A stretch of 29,236 bases of DNA from an uncultured Tepidisphaeraceae bacterium (lineage in GTDB: Bacteria; Planctomycetota; Phycisphaerae; Tepidisphaerales; Tepidisphaeraceae). The notes beneath the pieces are model-generated. The model saw nothing but the letters and a program-made list of their open reading frames with translations. It ran no database searches and was not told where the DNA came from. Below are positions 28,765-29,236 of this stretch, piece by piece (position 1 is the stretch's first letter; each line of letters opens with the position of its first letter). The position numbers and the translations under genes were made by a program. The stretch spans positions 1 through 29,236 of the forward strand of contig CAYQTE010000062.1 of assembly GCA_964420285.1 (NCBI GenBank), read 5' to 3'.

Positions 28765-29184
28765 ATGGCCAAGATCACTCGGTTTGCCGTGTCCCTGGAA
28801 GAATCGCTGTTTCGGAAGCTTGAACAGTTGGTCAGCAAGCATCAGTATACGAATCGGTCCGAATACATCCGCGACCTGGTCCGGGCCGAGCTGGTCGAGG
28901 ACCAATGGGCCAATGAAAACGCGATCGTCTTGGGCACGCTGACACTGATCTATGACCACCACACCTATGAATTGACCAAGAAGCTGACCGACTTGCAGCA
29001 CCATCACCACCAGACAGTCCTGGCCACGACCCATGTGCATCTAGACGCGCATTTGTGCTGCGAGATGATCATGCTCAAGGGGCATCCCTCGGACCTGCGA
29101 TACATCGCCGATCTGGCCGGCCAGCAAAAGGGCGTCCTGCATTCCACGCTGTCGCTGAGTTCGGTGGGGAAAGACCTGCATTAG
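28765..29184 (+). CDS. nikR: Nickel-responsive regulator NikR
   Basis: N-terminal ribbon-helix-helix (RFAVSLEESLFRKLEQLVSKHQYTNRSEYIRDLVR). C-terminal nickel-binding domain with the HVHLDAHLCCE (H-x-H...C) motif. AGGAG RBS. Confidence 0.85.
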   Translation: MAKITRFAVSLEESLFRKLEQLVSKHQYTNRSEYIRDLVRAELVEDQWANENAIVLGTLTLIYDHHTYELTKKLTDLQHHHHQTVLATTHVHLDAHLCCEMIMLKGHPSDLRYIADLAGQQKGVLHSTLSLSSVGKDLH

Positions 29185-29236
29185 GCCTTAAACAAGCGAA
29201 TCCCCCGATAGTCTGAATCGGTGGTAGTGCGGACGC

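Overview
High-GC bacterial chromosomal window (~29 kb). Its organisation looks Planctomycetes-like: a 23S-5S rRNA operon with no linked 16S, preceded by a strong sigma70-like promoter with a boxA-like element and followed by an intrinsic terminator. Housekeeping genes are trpS, a TetR regulator, an AMMECR1 protein, a ComF-family phosphoribosyltransferase, a moaC-kdsA-lipid kinase cluster, efp, a SpoIID/LytB lipoprotein, a flotillin (SPFH), an SRPBCC protein, a DUF3592 protein, a DUF1015 protein and nikR. The accessory content worth attention is as follows. (1) A minimal nucleotidyltransferase (NTase) gene sits directly after the rRNA terminator and is translationally coupled (ATGA overlap) to a gene for a fusion of an excisionase-type HTH and a GIY-YIG-like nuclease domain. 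A second paralog of the NTase lies 5 kb away with a different, overlapping small upstream partner. (2) One minus-strand operon encodes a multi-pass membrane protein, an inactive and an active M16 peptidase, and two tandemly duplicated single-pass membrane proteins that have near-identical ends and a divergent core. A 66-nt near-perfect palindrome lies between the two M16 cistrons. (3) A TPR protein carries two tandem domains resembling the C-terminal domain of RNA polymerase alpha (alpha-CTD). (4) A ParE/RelE toxin gene is disrupted by a frameshift while its overlapping antitoxin gene is intact; nikR lies divergently next to it. No CRISPR array, tRNA, transposase or integrase was seen. Most long ORFs on the opposite strand of real genes are GC-driven antisense artefacts.
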